Shown: piece by piece, positions 21,924 to 31,874 of the stretch
Layout: each line of letters begins with the position of its first letter
Numbering within the stretch: position 1 is the stretch's first letter
DNA from: a virus
Lineage: Duplodnaviria; Heunggongvirae; Uroviricota; Caudoviricetes
Length of the DNA: 41,023 bases
Strand: one strand, 5' to 3'
Virus record (IMG/VR): IMGVR_UViG_2541047694_000003
Location: 1 to 41,023 of that record
Translations under genes and position numbers: made by a program
The notes under the pieces: model-generated
The model's input: only the letters and a program-made list of their open reading frames with translations
What the model was told of the DNA's origin: nothing
The model's database searches: none

Positions 21924-22000
21924 TGGACCGCCATCGAGGACTCGAACCCCGCGCAACCAGCTTCGAAGGCTGGTGCTCTATCCTGATGAGCTAATGGCGG
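21924..22000 (-). tRNA. tRNA-Arg (anticodon UCG)
   Basis: 77-nt cloverleaf: acceptor CCGCCAT/ATGGCGG, anticodon stem CCAGC/GCTGG with loop CTTCGAA, T-loop TTCGAGT, 3' CCA. Confidence 0.75.
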
Positions 22001-22007
22001 TATGTGA

Positions 22008-22083
22008 TGGTGGCCCTTGCTGGATTTGAACCAGCGACCTGGCGATTATGAGTCGCTCGCTCTCACCTCTGAGCTAAAGGGCC
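22008..22083 (-). tRNA. tRNA with anticodon CAU, most likely tRNA-Ile2 (lysidine type, ileZ-like) rather than tRNA-Met
   Basis: 76 nt GGCCCTTTAGCTCAG...CTCATAA anticodon loop...GGTTCAAATCC...CCA; near-identical in body to E. coli minor tRNA-Ile as recalled. Confidence 0.7.
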
Positions 22084-22203
22084 GGGCGCAGGATAATAAC
22101 GTTACGAAATCAATGTTGCAAGCATTCAAAAATCACCTGGTTAAAAATCACCCTTAGCTCCTCCACCAGCGCATTCACCATGTCTATCCGAGATAAGTGG
22201 CAC

Positions 22204-22240
22204 AAAAAAACCCGCTTGTGGGCGGGTTTTGTTTGCTTTT
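22204..22240. terminator. bidirectional terminator just downstream of Q (tR'-like)
   Basis: AAAAAAA-CCCGC-ttgtgg-GCGGG-TTTTGTTTGCTTTT. Confidence 0.55.
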
Positions 22241-22293
22241 GCCATCACGTACAAAATCGGCAAAATATCAGATTTGCATGAAATATATGCCTT

Positions 22294-22989
22294 TCAATCT
22301 ACTTTTGCAACACTTTGCTTTGAAAATGCCGCCTTTTGTTTTGAACGTGTTCTCATTACAAACAATAAAGCCTCACTATCCAGTCGTTGAAAAATGTGTT
22401 TCATTGCAACCCAGTGACGAGTAAATGTTTTGGACCAGTTTTTAGTTGTCACTCCCGCCAGTAATGCCAGCTCCTGGTATTCATAACCTTCCCCACCAAA
22501 AAGTTCTGCTTTTACTGCCTGCGCCGCCAGCCAGATTAATTTTTTCAGGCGTTCCTGCGTTTTCCCTGCAATTTTTCTGGTACCGGATTGAGTATTAAAT
22601 TCATTCCACGCCCACTGTGTTATCGCGATCTGATATTCCCAACAAATACTCTCGCCGTAACACCACAACAACCAGGCTTTATGATGCTCTTCAAGAGACA
22701 GCAAAGCCCGCCGCCATGATGATGTCGAAAACTCAACCGGGCTGACCAGGGCAATTGATGAGCCATTCGCCAGTGATTGTTTTCCCGGGATTGGTGGATT
22801 ATCCCGCGTTATCATTTTTCCAGTCACTTCATCGCGGTACCGGATTTTTTTTCGCCTGTAACGCCCTGTATCGAACATGGCATTCTCCTGCCAGGCTTCA
22901 AGCTGACCTTTTGTTGCCCCACTCAAATCAGCGGTGGCGATAATGAGCTGCTCACGCACAAACTGTAAATACTGGTTATTCATGCGCAC
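22294..22989 (-). CDS. late gene antiterminator Q-like protein
   Basis: 231-aa ORF between rusA and the tRNA/lysis region, canonical Q position. Confidence 0.55.
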   Translation of the reverse strand: MRMNNQYLQFVREQLIIATADLSGATKGQLEAWQENAMFDTGRYRRKKIRYRDEVTGKMITRDNPPIPGKQSLANGSSIALVSPVEFSTSSWRRALLSLEEHHKAWLLWCYGESICWEYQIAITQWAWNEFNTQSGTRKIAGKTQERLKKLIWLAAQAVKAELFGGEGYEYQELALLAGVTTKNWSKTFTRHWVAMKHIFQRLDSEALLFVMRTRSKQKAAFSKQSVAKVD

Positions 22990-23345
22990 TCCAGTTCTGT
23001 GATTTTTATCCCCAGCCGCCCACCAGGAACGAGCTGACCGCGCACAATATTGATTTCATCAAACTGCTCGTCGTCTATAAGTAGTCCGGCATGCGTCAGC
23101 GCATCCAGTGGTGCCTTCAGGATATTGTCCAGGTCACGACGGCGCTTATCCGGTGGCTCTGCAATAATCTTTATCGCCAGCCTTCCGGACAGGTTTAATT
23201 TCAGCCGCTGCTGGCGAACAATTAGCGCCACATCACGGCGATAACGCTTTCCGGCCTCCGAGATGAAATACGTATTGCCATGACGTCGCCAGTAGGTATT
23301 CACCGTCGGCGGGTAAGGCAAAACAAATTCTATGCGTTCAGTCAT
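22980..23345 (-). CDS. rusA: Holliday junction resolvase RusA
   Basis: 121 aa MTERIEFVLPYPPTVNTYWRRHGNTYFISEAGKRYRRD..., RusA family as recalled. Confidence 0.85.
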   Translation of the reverse strand: MTERIEFVLPYPPTVNTYWRRHGNTYFISEAGKRYRRDVALIVRQQRLKLNLSGRLAIKIIAEPPDKRRRDLDNILKAPLDALTHAGLLIDDEQFDEINIVRGQLVPGGRLGIKITELECA

Positions 23346-24401
23346 TCATGCTTTCCACTTCAGGACACCCGAATTTCTCGCGTGCATTAAAAAACGAATC
23401 AGCAACAACAGCTGGCTGCCGTGTTTTTCTTCAAAATCTTTTACCCCGGCGTGCAGTTCGTTATGACATTTACGGCACAGCGGAATAACAAACAAATCAT
23501 CAGCCTTTGTTCCCATCCCTCCCAGTCCATGACCAATGATGTGATGCGGATCATCTGCCTGATTACCGCACGTCATGCATTTCTGCGTTTTTACCCAGCG
23601 CGTGTATACAGGCATCTCTTCCCGTTGTGGTTTCTGGCGCTGGAGATACTGAGCCGGTGACTCCGGATCAACAGCAATGCTGACCACCGTCTTTTCCTGT
23701 GGCGGGTTTTGCTGGTGGGCGTGAGGCAGCGGCGCAAGATTTTTTGTGCGCTGCTTCAGTATGCTGGTGGCGGTCTGCTCTCCCGGTACGATGTCGCTTT
23801 CACGGTACATTGAACGGATTTTTTCCGCACGCAACCCCAGCGAACGACGTAATACCGCTTCCGGTAGCGCGTCCGCCACCTGATTGCGGACCGCCCACCA
23901 GGATAATTCAGCCAGAGATAATTCACGCTCCTGCGTACCGCTTATTGCGTGACCGATGACGTCAATCATCCATGCTGACAGGTTTTGATGAGCAAGTTGC
24001 TCGAGTGATTCGGATGTCTGGTCACGCAGCTGGTTGTCGCAGTGCCAGCACAACACCATTGCGCCGGTACCATAACGGTGAATGACGGTTTCGCTGTGAT
24101 GATAATCGCCGTGTGGCCACTGGCAGGATTTAATATGGCGCAACAGCCAGTCAGACAATGCACCAGCACCACCAGCAGCACGAATCACCCGTGCGTTACT
24201 GAAAAACGGCAGCAATGTTTTGTCTTCCACCAGCGGCTGGCGAGCGGCAGGAACGACCCCGGACGGCAGATTACGCATGCTTTTTGGTTCCGGCTCCACC
24301 AGTATTCTGCCGTTATGGAATGCTGACATTGATTCACGGCCTGGCTTAACGATAACCAGACCGAGTTCCGGTACCAGAACAGGTCGAAGTAATACCCGCA
24401 C
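23346..24401 (-). CDS. DUF968-type (YdfU-like) nin-region protein
   Basis: 351 aa with C-terminal Cys/His cluster ...CMTCGN...DPHHIIGHGLGGMGTKADDLFVIPLCRKCHNELH. Confidence 0.6.
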   Translation of the reverse strand: MRVLLRPVLVPELGLVIVKPGRESMSAFHNGRILVEPEPKSMRNLPSGVVPAARQPLVEDKTLLPFFSNARVIRAAGGAGALSDWLLRHIKSCQWPHGDYHHSETVIHRYGTGAMVLCWHCDNQLRDQTSESLEQLAHQNLSAWMIDVIGHAISGTQERELSLAELSWWAVRNQVADALPEAVLRRSLGLRAEKIRSMYRESDIVPGEQTATSILKQRTKNLAPLPHAHQQNPPQEKTVVSIAVDPESPAQYLQRQKPQREEMPVYTRWVKTQKCMTCGNQADDPHHIIGHGLGGMGTKADDLFVIPLCRKCHNELHAGVKDFEEKHGSQLLLLIRFLMHARNSGVLKWKA

Positions 24402-24402
24402 A

Positions 24403-24681
24403 TTACCTCCAGATCCGTTGCTGGAATGTGCGGGACGGACGCGCTGGCCGTTCGGAGTAAGGGAGCCTGACGGAGATTATCCAGTGACGGTAGTCGAGGC
24501 TAAGGGCTTTTTTAACCTCGCATCCGCGCCTGCGGTAACACTGAATGAGCCATTCGGCCTGTTCTTCAGTGCATGGGGGATGCTGGTACCAGTCAGATTT
24601 GAATGCGTGAAAACACCGTCCGCGCCTGCTGGCAAAGACGGCAGAATCATCAGAATTGTATAATTTGGTATCGTGCGCCAT
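24403..24681 (-). CDS. hypothetical nin-region protein
   Basis: 92-aa ATG ORF immediately upstream of the DUF968 gene. Confidence 0.5.
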   Translation of the reverse strand: MAHDTKLYNSDDSAVFASRRGRCFHAFKSDWYQHPPCTEEQAEWLIQCYRRRGCEVKKALSLDYRHWIISVRLPYSERPARPSRTFQQRIWR

Positions 24682-24751
24682 CGGTTGTCTCTGCTGGCGC
24701 AGCAGGTGCCAGTTGTTCAGGCTGGCCTGTGGATTGTAAACCAGAATACGT

Positions 24752-24776
24752 AAAACAAAAACCCGCCGAGGCGGGT
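24752..24776 (-). terminator. rho-independent terminator after the HTH-peptidase gene
   Basis: minus-strand CCCGCC-tc-GGCGGG hairpin followed by TTTTTGTTTT, 12 nt after the stop at 24788. Confidence 0.65.
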
Positions 24777-24787
24777 ATGAATGAGAA

Positions 24788-25933
24788 TTATTTTTGTTTT
24801 ATGGTAAATGAAATAACATTGTCAGAATGAATCATATCTGATTCTTTAAATCGTGTAATTGCAGATAACTCATTTAAAGGAAGAGCAAAGATATCAGTTA
24901 ACTCAGTTACCTTTATGATTGAATGCTTATCAAGAAGTAAAAGTAACTTATTAAGTAACTCAGGCTCTTCTTTTGGGATTGCATCATCTAACGGCTCCCT
25001 ACGATGGAATGGCGCTAATTGCTTAAATATATAGCTTTTCTGATTATCGCTAATTAACTTAAGGCTATGACTCCTCATGGCAATACTACCGATAGATGTA
25101 ATCCAACGTAGTTTTAATCGTTCTAACGCTGATAAATTTGGACTATAAAATTCACGCCCGAAAGTCGTGGCTGGCATTAAAAAGCTGGAGGCAAAATAAT
25201 CGGCCTGCAACTCCACTAGGTCGAATAATTCTTTATCATTCAGGTAGTCATCCTCCACTGCCCTATGCATAATTAAATGGCCAAGTTCATGAGCAAGACT
25301 AAATCGCATGCGAACAGCCGTCTTCGAGCTATCTAACATAATTAAAGGCCGCCCATTATGCCAGAACGAAAAGGCATCAACTTTCTCACCAGAAGGTAAA
25401 TGAGAAACCACGATTCCTTTATTTTCAACAAGTCTAGTTAAATTGAGTATTGGACCATCACCTAACCCCCAAAAACGCCTTAATTGGGTGGACATATCCT
25501 CAATATCAGATAGAGACAGAACCTCAAAATCAATAATATCGAATTCAGGCAGAACCACATCTGGTAATTGAGCATATTTTAGACATTCATCCAATATTAA
25601 TGCCGCCCAACGCCCACGTGTTTTCCCTGTAACTCGAGCCTTTTTGGTCGCAGTTGAACGACTTCTAAAATGAATCGCCCCCTCCAGAGATGGAGAAGCA
25701 CTGGAGGCTAAGAAAAATCGTTCTGGAAATCCTAACACCTTGGCTATTGCAGAAAGTGTATCAGCAGAGGGAGACTTCAACCCCTTCTCAAATGACGAAA
25801 TAGCTTGTCTTGAAATATTGAGCACTCTGGCAAGTTCAGCCATCGTCAACCCTTTTGCCTCTCTTGCCTCCTCAAGGCGACGAGGATTAAACGATTTATC
25901 AGTAAATGGTGTTTGTGCGATATTCATGCTCAT
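24788..25933 (-). CDS. HTH (XRE family) fused to ImmA/IrrE-type zinc metallopeptidase (COG2856-like)
   Basis: 381 aa; N-terminal ...LTMAELARVLNISRQAISSFEKGLKSPS... helix-turn-helix; central HELGHLIMH (HExxH) motif; ATGA overlap with upstream gene; AT-rich. Confidence 0.75.
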   Translation of the reverse strand: MSMNIAQTPFTDKSFNPRRLEEAREAKGLTMAELARVLNISRQAISSFEKGLKSPSADTLSAIAKVLGFPERFFLASSASPSLEGAIHFRSRSTATKKARVTGKTRGRWAALILDECLKYAQLPDVVLPEFDIIDFEVLSLSDIEDMSTQLRRFWGLGDGPILNLTRLVENKGIVVSHLPSGEKVDAFSFWHNGRPLIMLDSSKTAVRMRFSLAHELGHLIMHRAVEDDYLNDKELFDLVELQADYFASSFLMPATTFGREFYSPNLSALERLKLRWITSIGSIAMRSHSLKLISDNQKSYIFKQLAPFHRREPLDDAIPKEEPELLNKLLLLLDKHSIIKVTELTDIFALPLNELSAITRFKESDMIHSDNVISFTIKQK

Positions 25934-26544
25934 GATTGCTGTGATTTAATTATTTGTTCGGTAAGAATCTTGATTTTATCTTCAATCTCAGAATCCACAT
26001 TTTCTGCTTCAACTTCTACCATCGTCATAATTGGTAAAGACTCAGTATAAAGAATCCCGTAATTATCCGAAGAAGGAACAGTTAAATTCAGTTTGGACAA
26101 GTGCTGATTACTGCCATCATGTAACATATAAACATGTCCACCAGACGCTCTCCCATCCAGGGAGTCGGCATTTTCATCCCCAAAATTCAATTCATAATTT
26201 TGATTAGCGTAAACAGCTCTATACAATGCCTGCTTAGGAAGTGGCGCATTACCCGATAAATGATGTGCCGTCATTTTCCAGTTGTTCGAGTGAATCGCAA
26301 TGTGTTTACAATTTTTAGCAGCATTGCTACCGACTTCAAAATCCAGCCCCACACGCTTAGCCGCATTCTCAAGCAATGCATCGGCATAAAACCAGCGCAA
26401 ATATGACTGTGCTTGAGCCCAAAAAGAACCAAACTCTTTTGCCTTCATATGCGAATGAAGATAAGCCTGTGCTAACGCGATCGAAAGCTCTTTGCGGCAC
26501 TCCTTGTCATATGCTTCTAACAACTGTTGAGATAAATTCTGCAT
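25930..26544 (-). CDS. hypothetical protein, upstream partner of the HTH-peptidase (candidate toxin/effector)
   Basis: 204-aa ATG ORF, AGGA SD, stop overlaps partner start; no recognisable motif by eye. Confidence 0.6.
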   Translation of the reverse strand: MQNLSQQLLEAYDKECRKELSIALAQAYLHSHMKAKEFGSFWAQAQSYLRWFYADALLENAAKRVGLDFEVGSNAAKNCKHIAIHSNNWKMTAHHLSGNAPLPKQALYRAVYANQNYELNFGDENADSLDGRASGGHVYMLHDGSNQHLSKLNLTVPSSDNYGILYTESLPIMTMVEVEAENVDSEIEDKIKILTEQIIKSQQS

Positions 26545-26569
26545 GACCGTAATATCCTTGTTGTTTTGG

Positions 26570-26609
26570 TGTCAACCATATTTCCATTTAACATAGACTT
26601 TGTCAACCA
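26570..26609 (-). promoter_or_regulatory. candidate promoter/operator region of the two-gene module
   Basis: two direct copies of TGGTTGACA (minus sense) 31 bp apart, each containing a TTGACA -35-like hexamer, between the upstream terminator and the 204-aa gene. Confidence 0.4.
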
Positions 26610-26620
26610 GATAGATGCTA

Positions 26621-26640
26621 GAAAAACCCGCCGAAGCGGG
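26621..26640 (-). terminator. rho-independent terminator downstream of hok
   Basis: minus-strand CCCGC-ttcg-GCGGG hairpin followed by TTTTTC. Confidence 0.6.
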
Positions 26641-26710
26641 TTAAGCGCGGGTGCATTGAGGATGCCTGACTCATCAGAGGTGGCGAGGGATTTCTCCCCC
26701 GCCAGGTCTC

Positions 26711-26866
26711 TTACTCCTCAGGTTCGTAAGCTGTGAAGACAGCGACCTCCGTCTGGCCGGTTCGGATTCGTACCTCGCAGAGGTCTTTCCTCGTTACCAG
26801 TGCCGTCACAATGACGGTTAAACAGATGACGATCAGGGCGATTAGCATCGCCTTTTGCTGCTTCAT
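26711..26866 (-). CDS. hokD: Hok/Gef-family small membrane toxin (HokD/RelF-like)
   Basis: 51 aa MKQQKAMLIALIVICLTVIVTALVTRKDLCEVRIRTGQTEVAVFTAYEPEE; no relB/relE ORFs found adjacent. Confidence 0.85.
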   Translation of the reverse strand: MKQQKAMLIALIVICLTVIVTALVTRKDLCEVRIRTGQTEVAVFTAYEPEE

Positions 26867-27143
26867 AGCCTGCTTCTCCTTGCCTTTCGGCGCGTAAGAG
26901 GCTAACCTAGATTTGCCGTTCATAGATTGAGCCTCAGATTAATGTTAAGCGTCTTGCAGGACGCGTAAGGTTAACTGGGGCTTTTCTCTATCTGCCTTTG
27001 GTGTTCATGCCTGAGACAGATAGCCTCAAGCACCCGCAGCCATTCTACTTAACTCCCGTCACCTCGCCAATATGAAATCAATCAGAAAGGCGAACCATAA
27101 GAGCAATAGCAAAACAATAAGGCCCGCATGGTCGTACAAAGAC

Positions 27144-28831
27144 TCAGGCACCGTGACATTTTTTGTACTTTATTCCCGAGCCACAGGGGCATTGTTCATT
27201 CCGGCCGACCGCACCAAAAACTTCAGTTAATTTAGTCTTTGCTGCTTTATGGGCAAGCTGTACGATGTAATTTGATTGATTTTGGATTTCTTGACGCTGT
27301 ACACCTGTGAGGCCTTCGATATAGGGAGCAAGGCGCTGCATTTCGACATCAGCTGCTTTATGCTGACCCGATAGTGCCAATATGACTGCGTACTGGCTTC
27401 GAACCTGAATCAGTCGGTGTACTAGACCTGCCTCATTGACAACCGGCAGGACATGTTGCTCCATGACTTCCTTGGCACCGTCGTAATCCTTTATGGCAAC
27501 AAACTCATCCGCCAGATCTTGGCCCACCCTAACCATGGATTCCGGGGCCATGGCCAGATTGTAGAACTTCATCGAATGAATACGCAGTAATGGTGACAGT
27601 TTTCCCTGCGCATCACGAATTCTGGCCAGCAACTCCAGAGCATCAGCCATATGTTTAAAGTGTTCCTGCATATTTTCGGAATGATTAATAGTTTTCCATA
27701 ATGCGTCGGCGTTTTTTCCTATGACATCAGCAGGTGTGATACCAAATAAAGAATAGTACCCTTGTATAACATTACAGCTTAATGTTTCAGCATCCTTGAG
27801 TTTTTTTAATCTCCAGAGTGCAATGGCATGGTTGTAGTCAAAGATGCGTTTATGTTCTTCATCTGGGAGTTGGGGGCGGACTTCCTGTGCCAGCTTTTGA
27901 ACTTCTCGTGCATCATTGCTTTCTGCCGAAAATAACATTCGTTTCATTGCATAGGCCATCTCTTCTTGATAGCCGAACTTGTGCTCCGCAAGTAAAGCTC
28001 CCATGATGTTTAACCTCTGAGCAATGTGGTCGGATATTCCGTCTTTAAGCTCAACGAAAACAAGGCCATCCAATGCCCAGAATTTATGAACAGGTCCCAA
28101 TAAGTCCGATGTTGCAGCACGCTCCAAGCTTGCAAGAATGTCGACCGTCACGCCCATCTCATAAAACATTTCTTGGCCTGAGAGTTCGATCAACGTCGTG
28201 ACATCATTGAGCTTAATATAAAGTTGAGTCAACAACGATAACCGTTTTGTATTGCGGGTATTATGAAGACTTTCAACTAAAAGGTCTTTCAGCGCTAGTA
28301 GCGCTTTGTTCGATATACCCTGATCCATCAGTTCCAGATGTTGCAGTCCTAGCCCCCTGACAGCATCATGTACCTTCAGGGTCTGGTTTCCATAAATTTC
28401 AATAGTGCCAGTAGCGCGCATTTTCCTAATTAAAGAAGCCGCACTGCTTGGTGAAATGTTCAGCGAATTGATTAGGAGCGTAGAAATCTCTTCGCGACTC
28501 AGCCCTACGTCAGAGAGACTGAACAATGCCAGCGCGCTCTGAAGTAGTGATTCAAATCCCTGAAATACACGTGACAGAATAATTTCTTGGGCGGTTTCCG
28601 CAGTATGGGTTTGTTGCTGGAGTTCAGCACACAGAGCATCGACACTACGCTCATAATCAGAAACGGCGATTTTTGCGGCGCTCTCTACATACAGGGGAAG
28701 ACCACCAGTGTAAGCCCGTAGCTGCTCGTATCCCATAGCGGTGGCAAATCCTCCGATATCGTTTACAACGACAGCTACCGTATCGAGATTCCATCCCTGC
28801 AGGCCCTCGCGCTGTAGCCCCGTCATGACCT
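27144..28831 (-). pseudogene. C-terminal part of a ~934-aa STAND-like NTPase gene split by IS911 (helical repeat region ending in a SEC-C zinc motif)
   Basis: 560 codons ending ...NEQCPCGSGIKYKKCHGA; reading frame continuous with 30082..31195 once the IS and one CCT copy are removed. Confidence 0.7.
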
Positions 28832-28861
28832 TGAAGTGGTCAACAAAAACTGGCCACCGAG

Positions 28862-30009
<1,148 letters not shown>

Positions 30010-30081
30010 TATGGCACCTGTGTTGTTCTGAGGTGAGCATATCACCTCTGTTCAGGTGGCCAAATTCAGTAAACCACTTCA

Positions 30082-31195
30082 CCTCCAGTTCGCGAACGTT
30101 TTCGTGAGGCTGGCACAACAGCACAAAACGAATATGTGTAGTTGCATTCAGAACATCCCGTAGATTTTCCGCAGGTACACGATGGGCGTTATCCAGAACC
30201 AGCACCAAGGTGGTACCCTGCTCTTTCAGGTAGGTATCAAAACTCCTAAGAGCCTCAAAACCACTGGCACCGGGGAGCAAAATCCTGCGCAAACCGTCTT
30301 GGTCACGGGCTGTAAATCTAGCAGCCATCTCGCGCACCAGCGTACTGGCCAGAGCTGGACCGGGAAGATCACCGGTGTCGTAATAAGCACAAAGTGCAGT
30401 GGAGTGTAATGCGGCCTGTGCGGCCCAAGCTGTCTTGCCTGCACCTGAGAGTCCACAAAGGATACGGATCCGCTCACCAGATGTGAGAGAAGGTTCTTCG
30501 TTTTGTGGGCGGTACAGTGCTGGTGGTGCAGGAAAGTCCTGTAGCTGAACGATCAACTGTTCAAATAGTTCAGTAAGTTCCTCCGTGAAAAACGTATGTT
30601 GTCCATTGGTATCGCCTCCGGTGGCGGCAAGCTGAACCAACCCTGCTAACTTCCAAATCAAGGATTCTGGGGACAATAGTGAAAATTTCAGCTTTTCTGC
30701 TTCTGCGATACACCATGTGGCCGCATCAGCCAGAGTACTCCATGCGGGCGGAAGTGCCGGATGACGTCCAGCTGTCGACTGGGGCCAGACAATAAGAACA
30801 TCAGAAGGAAGCTTTTTATCGTCAATCATCTTCTGAAGCAGCGGTCCAGGCGCCTGGTTTACAATAATCACAAAAGAAGCCACCCCTTCGCGGTTTGCCG
30901 AAGTATGCTCATTTCTGAGCTTTACAAATCGCTCCAGAGCCCCCGACACATCGTTGGGCATAATAGGCTTTGAACGGGTTTTAACCTGAATGTAGAGACG
31001 TTCCTGTTTGGATTTCAGCTCAATATCCTCATCAAGCTCGACAGTTACTGAGTCCATAGCAGCCCTCTGCGCCAAAAGTAAGCAGCCTACAGCGTAAAGA
31101 TGCTGGTAAAGGAACCCCCGGTGTACCGCTTCGATACGCACCAACTGCACAGGATCCAGTACGTCCAGATTTTGTTTGTTTTCACTTCCCCACAT
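30082..31195 (-). pseudogene. N-terminal part of the IS-disrupted STAND-like NTPase gene (nuclease-like N-domain plus P-loop)
   Basis: 371 gene-derived codons (the 34 further codons of tracked ORF 29978..31195 are IS read-through); Walker A GLSGAGKT, Walker B-like LVLVLDNAH; N-terminal ...VELDEDIELKSKQERLYIQVK... PD-(D/E)xK-like pattern; AAGGAAT SD. Confidence 0.7.
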
Positions 31196-31417
31196 GACCT
31201 ATTCCTTGAGCTATTTGTTTGACGGACTCACATTATTACTTCAATGTAATCAATTGAACTTGAATTATAATTAAAAGAGGCAAAGAAAAGTCCTCCGTTG
31301 ATTAATACAAACTAACGATACCAACGTTCACCTGGCTCAAAGCTGACAACCAAACTAGGTCTGGGACTGTGCCATCGAAGTGTCAATTAATATCTGAACT
31401 AATGCTCTTTAATTTCG

Positions 31418-31834
31418 TCACTTCAATAAATACCGAACATTTCCCTGATAAAATTCTAGTATACGCTGCATAACTTCGCTCTGACGACACTCGCAACAAA
31501 TTATATTCTGTCGTCTGTTGTAACGGCGTATTTCGCCATCTAGCAATGAATAAATCAGGTCAGGGTCGCTCTTCTTTTTCACTGCCGCTCTCGACATTTT
31601 TTTGCGGGCTTTTCCCCAGTCCTTACGAGCCTGCTCCGAAGGAAATATTCCATGTCCTGAACCATATACTGCGCCACTAACTACCAGCTCTTTCGCCAGA
31701 ACTTCTATTAGGTGTCTCGTCGCCCCGGTTTCATTTTCCAGTTGTTTACGCGTTTTTCGCCCATCTCTGCGTACCAGTTCCACAATGCGCGCCTTCACTT
31801 CTTCCCGCAGTTCGGGAGTAAAAACTTTTGCCAC
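31418..31834 (-). CDS. hypothetical early-region protein
   Basis: 138-aa ATG ORF with strong AGGAGGA SD, between the replication gene and the STAND-like gene. Confidence 0.55.
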   Translation of the reverse strand: MAKVFTPELREEVKARIVELVRRDGRKTRKQLENETGATRHLIEVLAKELVVSGAVYGSGHGIFPSEQARKDWGKARKKMSRAAVKKKSDPDLIYSLLDGEIRRYNRRQNIICCECRQSEVMQRILEFYQGNVRYLLK

Positions 31835-31874
31835 AAGTCCTCCTGAAAATTACCTCATAACCTGAAATACACAC

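Noticed and set aside
22008-22083. Calling the CAU-anticodon tRNA initiator or elongator tRNA-Met
   Set aside because: Body sequence and anticodon stem closely resemble the E. coli minor tRNA-Ile (lysidine) as recalled, and lambdoid phages carry ileZ at this position; kept as probable Ile2 with the ambiguity noted.
22236-22293. Precise assignment of the Q-dependent late promoter PR'
   Set aside because: No convincing -35/-10 pair could be read by eye in the short interval between the Q stop and the tR'-like hairpin; left unassigned.
26711-26923. 70-aa tracked ORF as the hok product or as a separate mok gene
   Set aside because: It is the same frame as hok merely extended upstream to a non-ATG start; the conserved 51-aa Hok begins at MKQQKAM (26866).
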